From NCBI GenBank assembly GCA_965153285.1, contig OZ229119.1: a DNA stretch of 64,000 nt, one strand, 5' to 3'. Under the pieces are notes generated by a model. The model had not been told where the DNA came from. It saw only the letters and a list, made by a program, of their open reading frames with translations, and made no database searches. The position numbers and the translations under genes were made by a program. The stretch is from Podarcis tiliguerta (lineage: Eukaryota). Shown piece by piece: positions 63,333-64,000 of the stretch. Numbering within the stretch: the first letter of the stretch is position 1; each line of letters opens with the position of its first letter.

Positions 63333-64000
63333 TTTAAGAACCAAAGATGATAAGAACTGGGAACTCATAGGAAATATGACTGATTTTTATTTTTAACAGT
63401 TTACTGTTTGAAGAAACTTTGCTACTTTTGTAGCTGTATTCCCTTTGCTCATTGTCCCGAGCAACTAAAGTATTTGCAAAGGGTTTAGAAACCTCATTAG
63501 AAAACAAAAAGCAGCAAAAGTGTTAATTGTTACTGAGCTGAATCTGAATTCCATGAAAGTTATGAAACATGACCATGTCCTTGAGAGACTGGTTTGTCTG
63601 CGCACTTGCACAAATTGATTTAAATTGGCACAGCTTCCATGCTTTTTACTGTTAAATTCCTGATGTATTCTCAGCACAGCACTTGGCACTCATATATAAA
63701 CGGAAGTAATTATGATCATACGTTGCTTTTATAAATTTCAGGCTTCCAGAAATAACAATGAACTGAAATTAAAACAAAGCAAAGAACCAGGTCAGGAAGC
63801 TAGCAGCAGTCCAGGAATGCTTAAGTGAATGTAAGTTTGATAGCTTTTTTTATTGGAATTCCATGTACTTAGAACAGCAACCTTAGAAGATGCATATATG
63901 GAAACAACTGTCATTGATGTCAGCAGTATTCTTCGGATGGCAAGGCATGAGGTTGGACCCAAATCTTAGCCATCCGTGAGCAGAAAGACTCCTTCCATCA

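Overview
Eukaryotic DNA from a squamate reptile, most likely a lacertid lizard (inferred from Bov-B LINEs, Sauria SINEs and the MITE set). Two intact multi-exon genes lie in tandem on the + strand. BMT2/SAMTOR, the SAM sensor upstream of mTORC1, has 5 coding exons (CDS 37653-49858, 402 aa). TMEM168 has a largely non-coding exon 1 at about 54420-54480 and 4 coding exons (CDS 56318-63332, 700 aa). Each gene has its own CpG-island promoter, and all exon phases join with GT-AG introns. The first ~37 kb has no recognisable gene. It holds nested transposable elements (Bov-B, Sauria SINE, L1/L2/CR1 remnants, Tc1/mariner and hAT MITEs with clear target-site duplications [TSDs], solo LTRs) and several repeat-free TAAT-rich blocks that may be conserved enhancers. 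The main leads are: (1) the TMEM168 C-terminus reads like a caspase/metacaspase (clan CD) fold with an altered catalytic Cys site; (2) the TMEM168 5' leader has a spliced uORF1, a TGATG stop/start and an overlapping uORF2; (3) a hAT-like MITE carries a captured L2 3' tail; (4) a Bov-B copy truncated at its YADD codons, where the target site mimics the element; (5) the SAMTOR promoter has a duplicated ZNF143 site and a CLEAR-like E-box. Family names come from recalled consensus features, not database searches.
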